Source: an uncultured bacterium (GTDB taxonomy: Bacteria; Desulfobacterota_D; UBA1144; Nemesobacterales; UBA2774). Taken from it: DNA of 64,000 nucleotides. The stretch's first letter is position 1. Each line of letters starts with the position of its first letter. The notes beneath the pieces are model-generated. The model worked only from the letters and a program-made list of their open reading frames with translations, did no database searches and had not been told where the DNA came from. This document shows, piece by piece, positions 62,539-64,000 of the stretch. A program made the position numbers and the translations under genes. Location: NCBI GenBank assembly GCA_963705505.1, contig CAVPJU010000006.1, forward strand, positions 576,001 through 640,000. Reading direction: 5' to 3'.

Positions 62539-62818
62539 ATCTGTTGGCTGGGTGCTTGTCCGTCCCCGGCTGAGACGCATCCGTAAGCCCTCGTATTCAC
62601 GAACAATTTCCGTGTCTCAATGCGGCCGCTAATTCAGTGCGGAAAACTATCGCTCTCAGTGCTGACTAAATTCCGCCAACGCCTGCTTTATATCCGCAAG
62701 CTGTCCATGCCACAATTGCACGGGCTCCGGATTTCGATACCGACTCTCCGGAATTGTCCGGAGGTATGTTTTGTTTAGGAGTCCCGCAAGTGATATAATG
62801 GGTAAGGAGGACAGATAA

Positions 62819-63379
62819 ATGAGTGAAGAAAATCCATACGGAACCGGACCGGGCCCGGAAACTCCCGGCTCACAGGAGAGTTTTGCCAAGAAGATCCATA
62901 CGGAAGAAGCGATACTGATTACGCTCATGGCCTTATCCGCAATAGGTATCGGCGTTACTAATTTCAAGCCTGTTGAGAGTTTCTGGTACTGGGCTGCAAT
63001 GGTTCCTGTCTTCGGCGCCGTAAGTATTTATATGGGCTGGTCGAAGGCGAGACGAAGGGGGGAAGGGATGTCCAGAATTATCCGCGTACAGCTTCTCCAC
63101 TGGATAGGTCTTCTGGCCGCCGTTGCGCTTATTTATTTCTTGTTCAAGCGTACCGGTCGTATAGATTATAACCAGCTCGCATTAATATCTCTGCTCGCTC
63201 TGTCGCTCACGACATTCCTGGCGGGTGTTCACTTCGATTGGCGGTTTATGGTCGTCGGCTTAGTCCTCGGGGCATGCGTTGCAGGCGCGGCCTTCGTGGA
63301 ACAGTTCATGTGGATGATAGTTATCCCTATAGTCGTCGCTCTCGTCCTTATTGTTTTCTGGTGGAAGCGCTCTGTCTGA
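62819..63379 (+). CDS. Hypothetical integral membrane protein (~6 TM)
   Basis: AGGAGG RBS; multiple hydrophobic segments. Confidence 0.75.
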   Translation: MSEENPYGTGPGPETPGSQESFAKKIHTEEAILITLMALSAIGIGVTNFKPVESFWYWAAMVPVFGAVSIYMGWSKARRRGEGMSRIIRVQLLHWIGLLAAVALIYFLFKRTGRIDYNQLALISLLALSLTTFLAGVHFDWRFMVVGLVLGACVAGAAFVEQFMWMIVIPIVVALVLIVFWWKRSV

Positions 63380-63699
63380 AATATTTTTTTTCGACCGTGC
63401 CGCATGCGGTGAATCTATTCTTCCAATAAGATTGGATAATAAAGTATTGCCAAATCCCGGTGATCCGGTGTCGGAATGAGGATATTTCATGAAGAGGGGA
63501 TAAGGTTTTACTCGGGGAGCGGGTCGATAGTGGAGTATCTTGACTTCGAACAAATGCGGTTTTAAAAACCGGGACGGGATTGAATCCTCACTGTTTTTTA
63601 GAATGCTTCTCGCAATAGTTCTTATTTTTCCTGGAAATATTGATTTTTATTGAACTTTTCTGTACTATTGACTCAAAACTAGCTTCAAAGGAGAGGGAG

Positions 63700-63996
63700 A
63701 TGGCCGAGAAGAATCCGATGACAAAATCTCAGTTATCAAACCATATTGCCGAACTGGCGGGAATTACAAAAAAAACAGCAAACGAAATTTTAGATGAGTT
63801 GGCTGCTGTTGCTTATAAAGAGGCAAAGAGAAGCAAACAGTTCACAATCCCGGGGATCGGGAAATTGGTGCTATCTAAACGTAAAGCAAGAATTGGCAGG
63901 AATCCCGCTACAGGAGCCGAGATCAAGATACCGGCTAAAAAAGTAGTCAAGTTCAGGGTTGCCAAGGCGTGTAAAGACGCCGTATTGGGCGAATAA
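63700..63996 (+). CDS. hup: HU-family DNA-binding protein
   Basis: MTKSQL, FTIPGIGKL, RKARIGRNPATG, VVKFRVAK; GGAGAGG RBS before ATG 63700. Confidence 0.9.
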   Translation: MAEKNPMTKSQLSNHIAELAGITKKTANEILDELAAVAYKEAKRSKQFTIPGIGKLVLSKRKARIGRNPATGAEIKIPAKKVVKFRVAKACKDAVLGE

Positions 63997-64000
63997 TTAA

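Overview
Chromosomal backbone of a Gram-negative bacterium. Gene style suggests a Deltaproteobacteria/Desulfobacterota-like lineage such as 'Dadabacteria', but this is inference only. About 57 CDS, mostly housekeeping: pabB/pabC, mnmE, dapL, purB, gshA, clcA, argH/argC/argG, tilS, pheT-ihfA, katG with divergent oxyR, cysteine desulfurase, gap-pgk-fbaB, rluD-pgeF, queA, rlmD, HU. No rRNA, tRNA, CRISPR array, IS or phage element was seen. A perfect parS and DnaA boxes lie directly downstream of mnmE, so the region is probably origin-proximal. The main hidden structure is a regulon-like promoter architecture found five times: tandem YTTAAY-like half-sites at 11-bp period, then exactly 5 nt, then a -10 hexamer. 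A sixth, weaker array lacks the -10. The pattern resembles a PhoB/SphR-type Pho box. It precedes a phosphorus-free lipid cluster (olsB-olsA, Agt-like GT4, PAP2, GT2, MJ1255-family GT), a decayed plcP-like relic, an orphan protein and two unannotated candidate sRNAs (~9.8 kb and ~58.3 kb) that share a terminator stem. Next to the cluster are a Get3d-like ArsA-HSP20 ATPase and a divergent, unannotated 46-aa membrane protein with a C-proximal TM helix. Several frameshifts and relics were also found (olsA poly-A tract, an alpha/beta hydrolase, DUF502, a possible lysA remnant). All family assignments come from motifs recognised by eye; no searches were run.
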